From the sequence record NC_047885.1: 64,000 nucleotides of DNA. One strand, given 5' to 3'. Every line of letters begins with the position of its first letter. Position 1 is the stretch's first letter. Source of the DNA: Escherichia phage chee24. The notes under the pieces are model-generated. The model worked only from the letters and a program-made list of their open reading frames with translations, made no database searches and was not told where the DNA came from. Positions 8,751 to 18,587 of this stretch are shown piece by piece. The translations under genes and the position numbers were made by a program.

Positions 8751-9714
8751 TGTAAAAGGCTTTATTAAGCGTTGTCAAGAAGCATATTATCAGGGTATGT
8801 CTTTAATCTCTGATGAGGAGTATGATTGCCTGGTAAAACGCTTCCCGTTAGAAGAAGAGATCGGGCCTAAGGGTGATATTCCACATCTGTATCGTATGTA
8901 TTCTTTACAGAAAGTTTATTATAATCGTGGAGATAAACCCCCGTTTAACCCGTTAGGTCAAGTAGAAACTGATAAGTTAGATGGTTGTGCAATTTCTCTG
9001 CTATATATTAATGGCGAATTTGTTCAAGCACTAACTCGTGGTAACGGTATTCTGGGAAATGATGTCACAAGCAACGTAAGATTGCTGAACATCCCTAAAA
9101 AGATTTCCCAAAAAGTACCTACTCAAATCACTGGTGAAGTTCTAATTACAAAAGAAGTAGAAAATAAACGTAATTTTGCCTCTGGCGCTATTAACCTCAA
9201 AGATAGTGATGATTTCGTACAACGCATTGGAGAAGGCGGTTTAATCTTTGTTGCTTACGGTATCCAATGTTCTGCTGAATCTGTAGGTATTACAGAAGCA
9301 TATTTAAAAGATATGCTTTGGCTAGAGAATGAGAACTTCTTAACAGTTGTTAATGTGCGTTCCTTTTTTAAATGGATTCCGACGGACGGTAAAGTTGTTC
9401 GTATTAATGACAACAACAAATTCTTCCGTGAAGGCTGGACTAATAAATTCCCTCGTGGAGCATTCGCCATTAAAGAGGATGAAGAAGGCGAGATTACAAC
9501 TCTTACTAAAGTTGAATGGCAGGTAGGGGCTTCTGGTAAAGTAACTCCAGTCGGTTATTTTGAACCAGTAATTATTGATGATGCTACAATTGTTAAAGCG
9601 ACTCTTAATAACGTTGATTATATTAACTCTCTTGATCTAGAGATCGGTTGCCAGATTCGAGTGATTCGTGCTGGTGGTGTAATCCCGTGCATAGTAGAGC
9701 GAGTATACGATTAA
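8740..9714 (+). CDS. NAD-dependent DNA ligase, N-terminal subunit (adenylation and OB domains)
   Basis: Block KLDGCAISLLYINGEFVQALTRGNGILGNDVTSNVR aligns with the bacterial LigA KxDG adenylation motif region; OB-fold-like C-terminus (IRVIRAGGVIPCIVE). Confidence 0.85.
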   Translation: MMNNVKGFIKRCQEAYYQGMSLISDEEYDCLVKRFPLEEEIGPKGDIPHLYRMYSLQKVYYNRGDKPPFNPLGQVETDKLDGCAISLLYINGEFVQALTRGNGILGNDVTSNVRLLNIPKKISQKVPTQITGEVLITKEVENKRNFASGAINLKDSDDFVQRIGEGGLIFVAYGIQCSAESVGITEAYLKDMLWLENENFLTVVNVRSFFKWIPTDGKVVRINDNNKFFREGWTNKFPRGAFAIKEDEEGEITTLTKVEWQVGASGKVTPVGYFEPVIIDDATIVKATLNNVDYINSLDLEIGCQIRVIRAGGVIPCIVERVYD

Positions 9715-9764
9715 TACATAACCCTTTGCTACCCATCTACCATATCGGAATTATAAAGTGGTTA

Positions 9765-9793
9765 TTGACATTTCCGCCGCTTAGGTATATACT
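9765..9793 (+). promoter_or_regulatory. consensus-like sigma70 promoter (TTGACA-17-TATACT) inside the ligase inter-subunit spacer
   Basis: TTGACA TTTCCGCCGCTTAGGTA TATACT; no substantial ORF follows before the next promoter. Confidence 0.55.
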
Positions 9794-9857
9794 ATTATCA
9801 TTCAGTTGAGGGATAGAAAGTTATGGCGAGGGTAAGCAAAGTTAGTTAAAATTGTAG

Positions 9858-9886
9858 TTGCTAAATGCTTAAATACTTGCTATAAT
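9858..9886 (+). promoter_or_regulatory. sigma70-type promoter (TTGCTA-17-TATAAT) for the ligase C-terminal subunit
   Basis: TTGCTA AATGCTTAAATACTTGC TATAAT then ATTTATATAAATTGATAAGGAAG. Confidence 0.6.
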
Positions 9887-9916
9887 ATTTATATAAATTG
9901 ATAAGGAAGAAATTTG

Positions 9917-10696
9917 ATGAAAATCGAAATTCCAACACAATGTCCCTCTTGTGGTTCTAAGCTAGATCTTGTCAACGGACAATTATTCTGTCGTAATAAG
10001 TCCAACTGTCCAGCGCAATCAAGTAAGTTAATTGAGAACTTCTGTACAAAAATGAAGTTAAAGGGCTTTGGCCCAAAAACTATTGAGAAGCTGGAGCTGA
10101 CGAAGATTTCAGAACTATTTTACCTAACCGAAGAAGATTTGGTTAGAGCCGTGGGTAGCAAGGTTGCCGCTAAGTTAATTAGCGAATTAAATAATAAAGT
10201 TCGCGGAGACATTGACTTTGGTTCAGTTCTCGGTTCTTTAGGAATCCCTCTAATCGGAGAGGTTGCAGCAAAGAAATTGTCCCAAAATTGCACCAGTTTT
10301 CAAGATGTGAGAGCTGATGGCAGAGCTGGAGAAAATTATAAAGCCTGGCTAAATTCCCCACAAGGCAAGGATGTTATCGAATTACCGTGGAAATTCACAA
10401 CTGGTATTAAAGGTGCTAAAGCTGAGGTCATCATCACTGATGGTCTAGTAGCCCAACCAAACGGAATAACGGTATGTATTACCGGATCTTTGCAAGATTT
10501 TGCAAATAGAACGGATGCAACAAACTATTTAGAAGGTCTAGGATATACGGTTAAGAAATCCGTTACCAAAGACGTCAAATACCTAATCTGTGAGGATGAA
10601 TCGAAGCGTTCTTCCTCATCTTATAAGAAAGCCGAAACGAATGGGATAGAAATCCTGTCGATTAAAGAACTATTGGAGAAAAATAATAATGTCTAA
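9917..10696 (+). CDS. NAD-dependent DNA ligase, C-terminal subunit (Zn finger, HhH, BRCT)
   Basis: CPSCGSKLDLVNGQLFCRNKSNCPAQ matches the LigA Cys4 zinc finger; GFGPKTIEKL helix-hairpin-helix; BRCT-like C-terminus (ITGSL...ILSIKELLE). ATG at 9917 with RBS AAGGAAG. Confidence 0.8.
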   Translation: MKIEIPTQCPSCGSKLDLVNGQLFCRNKSNCPAQSSKLIENFCTKMKLKGFGPKTIEKLELTKISELFYLTEEDLVRAVGSKVAAKLISELNNKVRGDIDFGSVLGSLGIPLIGEVAAKKLSQNCTSFQDVRADGRAGENYKAWLNSPQGKDVIELPWKFTTGIKGAKAEVIITDGLVAQPNGITVCITGSLQDFANRTDATNYLEGLGYTVKKSVTKDVKYLICEDESKRSSSSYKKAETNGIEILSIKELLEKNNNV

Positions 10697-11456
10697 ACTG
10701 AACTGGAACGTAGAAGGTGTAACCGAGTCTCTGAAAGCAAAAGCCACTGCTCTGGGTGTTGCTGTAATCTCTCAAGAACAAGTAGCTGCTATCGCTGCTG
10801 AACTGGCTGCTGAAACTGGCAAAGACGTTACCGCTCGCTCTGTTGGCTCTAAGCTGCGTAAAGAAGGTTTCGAAGTACAGAAAGCTAACGAAGTACAGAA
10901 ATCCCCATGGACTCCTGAGCAGGAAGCTGAACTGGTTGATTTCCTGAACGCTCATGCTGGTCAGTATACTTATGCTGAAATCGCTGCTGCTGTAGCTGGT
11001 GGTCAGTTCGGTGCTAAGCAGGTACAGGGTAAAATCTTGAGTCTGGAAATGACCGCATCTGTTAAGCCGACCGAAAAAGCTGCTGCTGTTCGTTCCTTCA
11101 CTCCGGATGAAGAAACTGACTTTGTTAATCAGGTTGTTGCTGGAGCTACTATTGAAGCTATCGCTGCTCACTTCGGTCGTAATATCAAGCAGATCCGTGG
11201 TAAAGCTCTGAGTCTGCTTCGTGAAGGTCGTATCGCTGCTATGCCGGTACAGGAAACTTCAAGTGCTAAAACTCGTGAAGATCTGTTAGAAGGTCTGGAT
11301 CTGGCTAACATGACTGTTGCTGAGATCGCTGAGAAAACTGGTAAGTCTGAGCGCGGTGTTAAATCTATGCTGTCTCGTCGTGGTCTGGTTGCTAAGGACT
11401 ATGATGGTGCCGCTAAGCGTGCTAAACTGGATGCAAAAGCTGCGGCTGCTGAATAA
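10689..11456 (+). CDS. hypothetical early protein with four internal HTH-like repeats
   Basis: 255 aa; repeats of about 55 aa (AAIAAELAAETGKDVTARSVGSKLRKEG / YAEIAAAVAGGQFGAKQVQGKILSL / TIEAIAAHFGRNIKQIRGKALSLLREG / TVAEIAEKTGKSERGVKSMLSRRG); host-optimised codon usage. Confidence 0.5.
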   Translation: MSKLNWNVEGVTESLKAKATALGVAVISQEQVAAIAAELAAETGKDVTARSVGSKLRKEGFEVQKANEVQKSPWTPEQEAELVDFLNAHAGQYTYAEIAAAVAGGQFGAKQVQGKILSLEMTASVKPTEKAAAVRSFTPDEETDFVNQVVAGATIEAIAAHFGRNIKQIRGKALSLLREGRIAAMPVQETSSAKTREDLLEGLDLANMTVAEIAEKTGKSERGVKSMLSRRGLVAKDYDGAAKRAKLDAKAAAAE

Positions 11457-11475
11457 TCTGGTAAATTAAACCTAA

Positions 11476-11505
11476 GGGGAGGGGGCTATGCTCCTTCCCC
11501 TTTTT
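11476..11505 (+). terminator. rho-independent terminator
   Basis: G-rich stem GGGGAGGGGG / CTCCTTCCCC (with G-U pairs) followed by TTTTT, after the stop of 10689..11456. Confidence 0.6.
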
Positions 11506-11538
11506 GCATTTAGAAGGCACGAAAGCGTGCAAAGGAGA

Positions 11539-13011
11539 ATGACCTTGTTTAACGTGCAAGCTGTAGTGTTGAAGATGCTTCTAGCTTCCGAACAGAAGCA
11601 AATAGCATTGGAAACATTCTCAAAACTGCATAAAGATCATTTTAATGACGCTTTCTCCTCAATTTACCAAGCCGTCCAGAATTATTATAAAAAATATAAC
11701 ACAATGCCGTCCATTGACGCACTGATGCTTGAGGCTAATAGGAACGCCCGCCTTTCTCAAGCTCTAGTCGTTTTAGCTAACACTCAAATTCCAGAAGTTA
11801 GCATGGAACAGGCACTTGAAGTCCTAGAAGCCGAGTATACACAGGATTTATTCCTGAAGCTTCTAGAAACAGACGTGCTTCAAGATTTAACAATGCTGGA
11901 TCAGGGAGAAATTCTTAACCGAGTTGCCTCCCTTCACTTAAAATTAGAAGAGAAAGTAACGAATACTGGAAAAGTATTCAACGCAGATAACATGCGTATT
12001 TTCCAGAGAGAAGAAGATACCAAACTGAACTTAATCGCTCTTGGTATTTGTAATGAGTTCGACGCTCAAATTGGTTTAGCTCGCACAGAAACGTTACTGC
12101 TTGGTGGTTGGCGTGGTACTGGTAAATCCATTATCTGTTCAAACATACAGGTTCAGCAATATTTGAATGGAGATATTGCTCCATACTTCTCAATTGAGAT
12201 GAAAGAACATGAAGTATTTAGACGTAATCTAGCTATGTTAGCTGGTGTATCAGCACTAGCAATGCGTAATAATACTCTAGAAGGTGCAGCTCTGTTGAGA
12301 TTAGCCAGAACTAGAGCTAGGATGTTTAACGGTGGTGAAGAGCTTTTCGATAACTTCGTTAAACAGTACACAATGGCTAAGATGAGTGATTTCTACGATA
12401 TGGAAAGTAAGCTAATAGAAGGGTATGAATTACATACTCCTATGATTATTGTTTATGATCCTGAGCTGTCTATTACAACAGTTGACGTAGAATTAAATAA
12501 ATTAGTTGCTAGATATGGGGATAAAGTTACAGTAGCTTTACTGGACTATATTAACCAAACCCGACTTCCAGATTCTAAAACCATTGATATGTATGACTGG
12601 AAAGAACAGATGGTTGTTAGCTCGTCTTTCAAATCTATCTGCCAGAAACATAACGTGGCTGGTGTAGCTCCTTACCAGATTGATCAAGATGGTAGAACAC
12701 GTATGTCAAAGGGGATTCTTGATTCCGCAGACATGGCTGCTAATCTTAATGCTGCAAAAGCGGATAATGGTCAAGGTGCTATTATGTTTGACTTCGTTAA
12801 GACTCGTTCTTCTGATAGCGTGAAGTTTATGCCTAAAATGAACTGGGAAACCCTGCGGATGGATAACACTACCAACCTAGCAATGGAAGATATATCTCAA
12901 ATGGAAGCTGAGTTCGTTATCCCTATTGAGAAGGATAAGCCGGCTCAATCTAAACGTGCTAAGAAAGACAAAGCTGAAAATTCAACAGGTGAACAGGCCA
13001 GCGATATATGA
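11539..13011 (+). CDS. putative replicative DNA helicase (RecA-fold ATPase)
   Basis: Start moved to ATG 11539 (RBS AAAGGAG); the track start at 11488 lies inside the upstream terminator loop. P-loop GGWRGTGKS; position immediately before the primase. Confidence 0.55.
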   Translation: MTLFNVQAVVLKMLLASEQKQIALETFSKLHKDHFNDAFSSIYQAVQNYYKKYNTMPSIDALMLEANRNARLSQALVVLANTQIPEVSMEQALEVLEAEYTQDLFLKLLETDVLQDLTMLDQGEILNRVASLHLKLEEKVTNTGKVFNADNMRIFQREEDTKLNLIALGICNEFDAQIGLARTETLLLGGWRGTGKSIICSNIQVQQYLNGDIAPYFSIEMKEHEVFRRNLAMLAGVSALAMRNNTLEGAALLRLARTRARMFNGGEELFDNFVKQYTMAKMSDFYDMESKLIEGYELHTPMIIVYDPELSITTVDVELNKLVARYGDKVTVALLDYINQTRLPDSKTIDMYDWKEQMVVSSSFKSICQKHNVAGVAPYQIDQDGRTRMSKGILDSADMAANLNAAKADNGQGAIMFDFVKTRSSDSVKFMPKMNWETLRMDNTTNLAMEDISQMEAEFVIPIEKDKPAQSKRAKKDKAENSTGEQASDI

Positions 13012-13898
13012 GTAGAATAACAGAACTACTTGATCTGAAAGGCATTGAATATAAAGACACAGGTGGGGACATCCTCATCTGTTGTCTCAATCCAGATCAT
13101 GATGATAAACACCCAAGTTTGCGTATTGACCCTGAAACAGGTATTATGCACTGCTTGAGTTGTGGCTTCGGTAAAGGTATACCGAGCATTTACCATTATT
13201 TTAATGAGACTCAGTACCGACAGTCCCCAAGGCTATCGCAAGTACGTAAAAAGATTTCAGAGATTAGGAATGGATCAACGAATCTTGCAATTCCTGAATC
13301 TGCTTGCCTTTTCGAAGGTGATTTCCGAGGTATAAGTTCTAAGACCTTGAAGAAATATTTTGCTTTCCAACACCAAGCAGACTGGGAAGGCAGAATTGTA
13401 TTCCCAATCACAGATGCTGTTGGACGCAATATCCTATTTTTGGGTCGTTCTATAAACAGTTCTGCCCCTCCTAAATACTTAGTAAAACCAAAACAAGTTT
13501 CACCACCAATTTTTCCTGTACGATATAATACTCCAGTTCTTATTCTAGTTGAAGGCATCTTTGATATGCTGAACCTAGAGGATAATGGTATAGACTATAC
13601 TTCTTGCTGCTTTGGTACACATCAGTTTACTTCGGATAACATTGCAGATAAGTTCAGTCCTTATATTATTGCCGGTGTAAAAGTTGTTGTTATCTTACTA
13701 GATAATGATGCTTCTGGTAGTAAAGCTGCACAAGCATTGGCCAAGCTAATTCGTACAAAAACGCGTTTAACACCTGTAGTTGCTAACTTTCTTCTGCCTG
13801 AAGGTAAAGACCCTGGTGACTTAAATAAAGAAGAGATTGATATGTTAGCAAAACGTATTGAAATTTTAGTTGCTGAATCGCTTAAAGATTTGGTATAA
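13008..13898 (+). CDS. DnaG-type DNA primase (zinc ribbon and TOPRIM)
   Basis: CCLNPDHDDKHPSLRIDPETGIMHCLSCG zinc-binding motif; TOPRIM-like LILVEGIFDMLNL and VVILLDNDASG; ATGA overlap with the helicase stop. Confidence 0.8.
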   Translation: MSRITELLDLKGIEYKDTGGDILICCLNPDHDDKHPSLRIDPETGIMHCLSCGFGKGIPSIYHYFNETQYRQSPRLSQVRKKISEIRNGSTNLAIPESACLFEGDFRGISSKTLKKYFAFQHQADWEGRIVFPITDAVGRNILFLGRSINSSAPPKYLVKPKQVSPPIFPVRYNTPVLILVEGIFDMLNLEDNGIDYTSCCFGTHQFTSDNIADKFSPYIIAGVKVVVILLDNDASGSKAAQALAKLIRTKTRLTPVVANFLLPEGKDPGDLNKEEIDMLAKRIEILVAESLKDLV

Positions 13899-13899
13899 T
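13870..13899 (+). promoter_or_regulatory. sigma70-type promoter (TTGCTG-18-TATAAT, TG-extended) for the polymerase gene
   Basis: Located inside the 3' end of the primase gene; TGGTATAAT extended -10. Confidence 0.5.
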
Positions 13900-13960
13900 A
13901 TATTGGTAAGTTAGAGAAGAAACACTGAAGTTATACTTGCTTACCAAGAGGAGATTAAAT

Positions 13961-16528
13961 TTGAAAATCGCAGTAGTTGATAAAGCTCTAAATAATACTC
14001 GTTATGATAAACATTTCCAGCTATACGGCGAGGAAGTTGATGTATTCCATATGTGTAACGAGAAGTTATCCGGTCGTTTGCTCAAAAAGCATATTACTAT
14101 CGGGACTCCGGAAAACCCATTTGACCCGAATGATTATGATTTTGTTATACTGGTAGGTGCCGAACCTTTTCTGTACTTTGCAGGTAAGAAAGGTATTGGT
14201 GATTATACCGGTAAACGTGTAGAGTATAATGGATATGCTAACTGGATTGCGAGTATCAGCCCAGCCCAGCTACACTTTAAACCTGAAATGAAACCAGTTT
14301 TTGATGCAACAGTAGAGAATATCCACGATATTATTAATGGTCGTGAGAAGATTGCAAAAGCTGGTGATTACCGTCCTATTACTGACCCTGATGAGGCAGA
14401 AGAATATATCAAGATGGTGTATAATATGGTTATCGGACCTGTCGCATTCGACTCCGAAACCTCAGCACTATACTGTCGAGATGGTTATCTGCTTGGTGTT
14501 TCTATTTCTCACCAAGAGTATCAGGGTGTATATATCGATTCTGATTGTCTCACAGAGGTTGCAGTATACTATCTCCAGAAAATTCTGGATAGTGAAAACC
14601 ATACTATTGTTTTTCACAACTTGAAGTTTGATATGCACTTTTATAAGTACCATCTGGGACTTACTTTTGATAAAGCGCATAAAGAACGCAGGCTCCATGA
14701 TACCATGTTGCAGCACTATGTTCTAGATGAACGTCGGGGTACTCATGGCTTGAAATCTCTAGCAATGAAGTATACCGATATGGGTGACTATGACTTCGAA
14801 CTAGATAAGTTCAAAGATGATTACTGCAAAGCACATAAAATCAAGAAAGAAGATTTCACCTATGATTTAATTCCGTTTGATATTATGTGGCCTTATGCTG
14901 CGAAAGATACAGATGCTACCATACGTTTGCACAACTTCTTCTTACCAAAAATTGAGAAGAATGAAAAACTTTGCAGTCTGTACTACGATGTTTTGATGCC
15001 TGGTTGCGTATTCTTGCAACGTGTTGAGGATCGTGGAGTACCTATCTCTATTGATCGTTTGAAAGAAGCTCAGTATCAACTGACTCATAATTTGAATAAA
15101 GCCCGTGAGAAACTGTACACTTATCCAGAAGTTAAACAGCTAGAACAAGATCAGAATGAAGCATTTAACCCGAACTCTGTTAAACAACTTCGTGTTCTTC
15201 TGTTCGATTATGTTGGTTTGACTCCAACTGGTAAGTTAACAGATACTGGTGCAGATTCTACAAACGCAGAAGCTCTGAATGAACTGGCTACGCAGCATCC
15301 AATTGCTAAAACTCTACTAGAGATTCGTAAGCTTACTAAGCTAATCTCTACTTATGTTGAGAAGATTCTTCTGAGTATTGATGCAGATGGTTGCATTCGT
15401 ACTGGTTTCCATGAACATATGACTACTTCTGGTCGTCTGAGTTCTTCTGGTAAGCTGAACTTACAACAGCTACCCCGTGATGAATCTATCATTAAGGGTT
15501 GTGTAGTTGCACCACCTGGATACCGTGTAATCGCATGGGACTTAACAACTGCGGAAGTTTATTATGCTGCTGTTCTATCTGGTGATAGAAATATGCAACA
15601 AGTATTTATCAACATGAGAAATGAACCTGATAAATACCCTGACTTCCACTCTAACATCGCCCACATGGTATTTAAATTGCAATGTGAACCTCGTGATGTT
15701 AAGAAGCTGTTCCCAGCTCTACGTCAGGCAGCTAAGGCAATTACCTTTGGTATTTTGTACGGTTCTGGCCCGGCTAAAGTAGCACATTCTGTTAACGAAG
15801 CATTGCTAGAACAAGCAGCCAAAACTGGTGAACCGTTTGTTGAATGTACTGTTGCAGATGCTAAAGAGTACATTGAGACTTACTTTAGTCAATTCCCACA
15901 GCTTAAGCGTTGGATTGATAAGTGCCACGATCAGATCAAGAATCATGGGTTTATCTATAGTCACTTTGGTCGTAAACGTCGTCTGCATAATATCCATTCC
16001 GAAGACCGTGGCGTTCAGGGTGAAGAAATTCGTTCTGGATTTAACGCAATCATTCAGTCTGCTTCTTCTGATAGTCTCCTTTTAGGTGCTGTAGATGCAG
16101 ATAATGAAATCATTTCTCTTGGTTTAGCACAAGAGATGAAGATTGTTATGCTGGTTCATGACTCCGTAGTTGCTATTGTTCGTGAGGATTTGATCGACCA
16201 ATACAATGAAATTCTGATTCGTAATATTCAGAAAGACCGGGGTATCAGTATTCCTGGCTGTCCGATTGGTATTGATTCAGATTCTGAAGCTGGAGGTTCT
16301 CGTGACTATTCTTGTGGTAAGATGAAGAAACAGCACCCATCAATCGCTTGTATTGATGATGATGAATATACTCGTTACGTTAAAGAAATGCTTCTTGATT
16401 CTGAATTCGAGTATAAGAAGTTAGCAGCAATGGATAAAGAGCATCCAGACCACAGCAAGTACAAGGATGATAAGTTTATTGCTGTATGCAAAGATCTGGA
16501 TAACGTGAAAAGGATTCTCGGTGCTTAA
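13961..16528 (+). CDS. family-A DNA polymerase with 3'-5' proofreading exonuclease
   Basis: TTG start at 13961 (RBS AAGAGGAG) gives 855 aa. Exo motif FDSETSAL; pol motif B LRQAAKAITFGILYGSG; motif C LVHDS. Confidence 0.9.
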   Translation: MKIAVVDKALNNTRYDKHFQLYGEEVDVFHMCNEKLSGRLLKKHITIGTPENPFDPNDYDFVILVGAEPFLYFAGKKGIGDYTGKRVEYNGYANWIASISPAQLHFKPEMKPVFDATVENIHDIINGREKIAKAGDYRPITDPDEAEEYIKMVYNMVIGPVAFDSETSALYCRDGYLLGVSISHQEYQGVYIDSDCLTEVAVYYLQKILDSENHTIVFHNLKFDMHFYKYHLGLTFDKAHKERRLHDTMLQHYVLDERRGTHGLKSLAMKYTDMGDYDFELDKFKDDYCKAHKIKKEDFTYDLIPFDIMWPYAAKDTDATIRLHNFFLPKIEKNEKLCSLYYDVLMPGCVFLQRVEDRGVPISIDRLKEAQYQLTHNLNKAREKLYTYPEVKQLEQDQNEAFNPNSVKQLRVLLFDYVGLTPTGKLTDTGADSTNAEALNELATQHPIAKTLLEIRKLTKLISTYVEKILLSIDADGCIRTGFHEHMTTSGRLSSSGKLNLQQLPRDESIIKGCVVAPPGYRVIAWDLTTAEVYYAAVLSGDRNMQQVFINMRNEPDKYPDFHSNIAHMVFKLQCEPRDVKKLFPALRQAAKAITFGILYGSGPAKVAHSVNEALLEQAAKTGEPFVECTVADAKEYIETYFSQFPQLKRWIDKCHDQIKNHGFIYSHFGRKRRLHNIHSEDRGVQGEEIRSGFNAIIQSASSDSLLLGAVDADNEIISLGLAQEMKIVMLVHDSVVAIVREDLIDQYNEILIRNIQKDRGISIPGCPIGIDSDSEAGGSRDYSCGKMKKQHPSIACIDDDEYTRYVKEMLLDSEFEYKKLAAMDKEHPDHSKYKDDKFIAVCKDLDNVKRILGA

Positions 16529-16730
16529 TTTCAAATTGCCCGTCTATGCGTTACGGGCGTTTGTATCAATTGAGCAAGAAGGTGATTATTCCGTAATTAC
16601 AACAAGATATAATAAATATGTGCTAGATAACAGGAAGTTGCCTGGCACGTTTTCTCAGCGTAGGCTTATTCTATTTGAGAAACGGAAAGAATTACCATAC
16701 AAGCTCTATCCTATTAGGGGTAGAATATCA

Positions 16731-17018
16731 ATGTTGTCTCAATTAGTTGGGTCAAAGCGTAACCAATTTATAGATTCTGATGGAAATCTTATTAATTGGA
16801 AGAAAACTACGTTCTATGATGTTGTCACCTCTAAAGTTTTGCATTCAGCTAGAATTTATAATGGAAAATACCAATGCTATGTGGCTAAAGTTCCTTATCC
16901 ATTTGTATTATCCTATGTTCCAGCTTATATAAGCTATATTCTGGTAAATAATAGCCCTGTTATTTATCAAGTCCATCAAGAGGAGCCTGAAATTCCTAGA
17001 CTTAGAATAAAATTATGA
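16731..17018 (+). CDS. hypothetical protein
   Basis: ATG at 16731 with AGGGG upstream (the track ORF begins at 16521 right after the polymerase stop); ATGA overlap with the next gene. Confidence 0.3.
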   Translation: MLSQLVGSKRNQFIDSDGNLINWKKTTFYDVVTSKVLHSARIYNGKYQCYVAKVPYPFVLSYVPAYISYILVNNSPVIYQVHQEEPEIPRLRIKL

Positions 17019-18367
17019 AGGTTGTTATATCTAATAAAGCCTATTTCAAGCCCGATGATGAACTTTGGGATTATTGTAGTAAGCAAACCACTTATCACAT
17101 AGAGACAATGACTAGTAAATACCCTATTATGTATAAGAATAGTGGTGTTGTTGCCAAAGAGATTAAGTGGATTCCTATTACGCGTCTGGACTTACTAGAT
17201 GCTAAAGGAGTAAAATACGAATTAGTCGATAAACGCACATTAGCTCCGGTAGATATACCAAAACCTAAGTTCAAGCTGCGTGAAGAAGATCAGCTTCCAA
17301 TATATGAAGAATGCGATGATACCTGTATTATTAATGGTAAGCCTGGGTTTGGTAAAACTATCCTAGCTCTTGCACTTGCATATAAATTTGGCCAGAAAAC
17401 TTTGGTAATCTGTACGAATACATCCATTCGTGAAATGTGGGCGGCAGAAGTTCGTAAATGGTTTGGGTTTGAACCAGGCATCATAGGTTCTGGGAAATAC
17501 AATATTGATCCACCAATTGTAGTCAGTAATATTCAAACAGTGAATAAACATGCGAATAATCTTTCTAAAGTATTCGGTACTGTTATAGTTGATGAAGTTC
17601 ACCATTGTGTGGCTACAACTTTCACTAATTTCCTAGAAATATCATGTGCTCGCTATAAAATTGGACTATCCGGTACACTAAAACGAAAAGATGGTTTACA
17701 AGTTATGTTCAAAGATTTCTTTGGATATAAGATATTTAGCCCGCCGGTTAATAATACTGTTGCACCTACAATCCATAGGTACTCAGTGCCTGTTGAACTA
17801 TCGGGAAACCAAAACGTACCGTGGGCATTACGTGCTAACGATGTGTATAATCATCCTGAATATCGAGAGACTATTGTAAACCTAGCACATTTATATGTGA
17901 ATATGGGACATAAAGTACTCATTGTAAGTGATAGAACAGAGTTAATCCAAACAGTACTAGAAGCACTATCTCAGCGAGGCGTCACAACCTATGAGATTAT
18001 TGGCGCAACCCCACTTGATGATCGATTAAAAATTCAGGAAGATATAGCAAAAGGTGGGCCTTGCGTACTTGCAGCCGCTCAAAGTATCTTCTCTGAAGGT
18101 ATTTCCCTTAATGAGCTGTCTTGTTTAATAATGGGAAGTCTTATTAATAATGAATCTCTCATTGAACAGCTTGCAGGTCGTGTTCAACGTATTGTCGATG
18201 GTAAACTCGACCCTATTGTTGTAGATCTAATTATGAAAGGTGGTACTGGGCTAAGACAGGCTTCTGGACGTATGGCAGTATATCGTAACAACGGGTGGAA
18301 AACTATTACTATGACTCCGGAAAAAGCAGTTCAGTTAGCTAAAATTGCATTTGGCAACAGCTCATAA
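17015..18367 (+). CDS. SF2 (DEAD/DEAH-like) ATP-dependent helicase
   Basis: Walker A GKPGFGKT; Walker B/DExH VIVDEVHH; motif III SGT; C-terminal helicase-domain arginine finger (QLAGRVQR). Confidence 0.7.
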   Translation: MKVVISNKAYFKPDDELWDYCSKQTTYHIETMTSKYPIMYKNSGVVAKEIKWIPITRLDLLDAKGVKYELVDKRTLAPVDIPKPKFKLREEDQLPIYEECDDTCIINGKPGFGKTILALALAYKFGQKTLVICTNTSIREMWAAEVRKWFGFEPGIIGSGKYNIDPPIVVSNIQTVNKHANNLSKVFGTVIVDEVHHCVATTFTNFLEISCARYKIGLSGTLKRKDGLQVMFKDFFGYKIFSPPVNNTVAPTIHRYSVPVELSGNQNVPWALRANDVYNHPEYRETIVNLAHLYVNMGHKVLIVSDRTELIQTVLEALSQRGVTTYEIIGATPLDDRLKIQEDIAKGGPCVLAAAQSIFSEGISLNELSCLIMGSLINNESLIEQLAGRVQRIVDGKLDPIVVDLIMKGGTGLRQASGRMAVYRNNGWKTITMTPEKAVQLAKIAFGNSS

Positions 18368-18379
18368 ATGATGTATAAT
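18351..18379 (+). promoter_or_regulatory. sigma70-type promoter (TTGGCA-17-TATAAT)
   Basis: Overlaps the stop of the SF2 helicase gene; downstream box ATATACATAAATTTGAGAGAG. Confidence 0.5.
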
Positions 18380-18450
18380 ATATACATAAATTTGAGAGAG
18401 AAAGTTTAGGATTGATAAGAAAGTCCGAAGCAGAAAAATAAAAATTTTAG

Positions 18451-18480
18451 TTGCTAAATTCTCTCGAAATCTAGTATAAT
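18451..18480 (+). promoter_or_regulatory. sigma70-type promoter (TTGCTA-18-TATAAT)
   Basis: Second of two tandem promoters about 100 bp apart; downstream box ATATACATAAATTCGAGGAG. Confidence 0.6.
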
Positions 18481-18587
18481 ATATACATAAATTCGAGGAG
18501 AAAACAAAAATTAAATTCTTCGATTATGAAAAGCTATACTTACTAGCTAGAGGAAATTCCGACTTAATTATTAAGCTATTCAAAAGA

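Noticed and set aside
9715-9916. Group I intron or intein splitting the ligase
   Set aside because: The spacer is only about 200 bp, contains two canonical promoters and in-frame stops, and the break is at a domain boundary with a fresh RBS/ATG; consistent with two separate genes rather than a spliced element.
10662-11171. 169-aa ORF on the - strand
   Set aside because: Antisense to the codon-optimised 4-repeat gene; Ser/Phe-rich low-complexity product.
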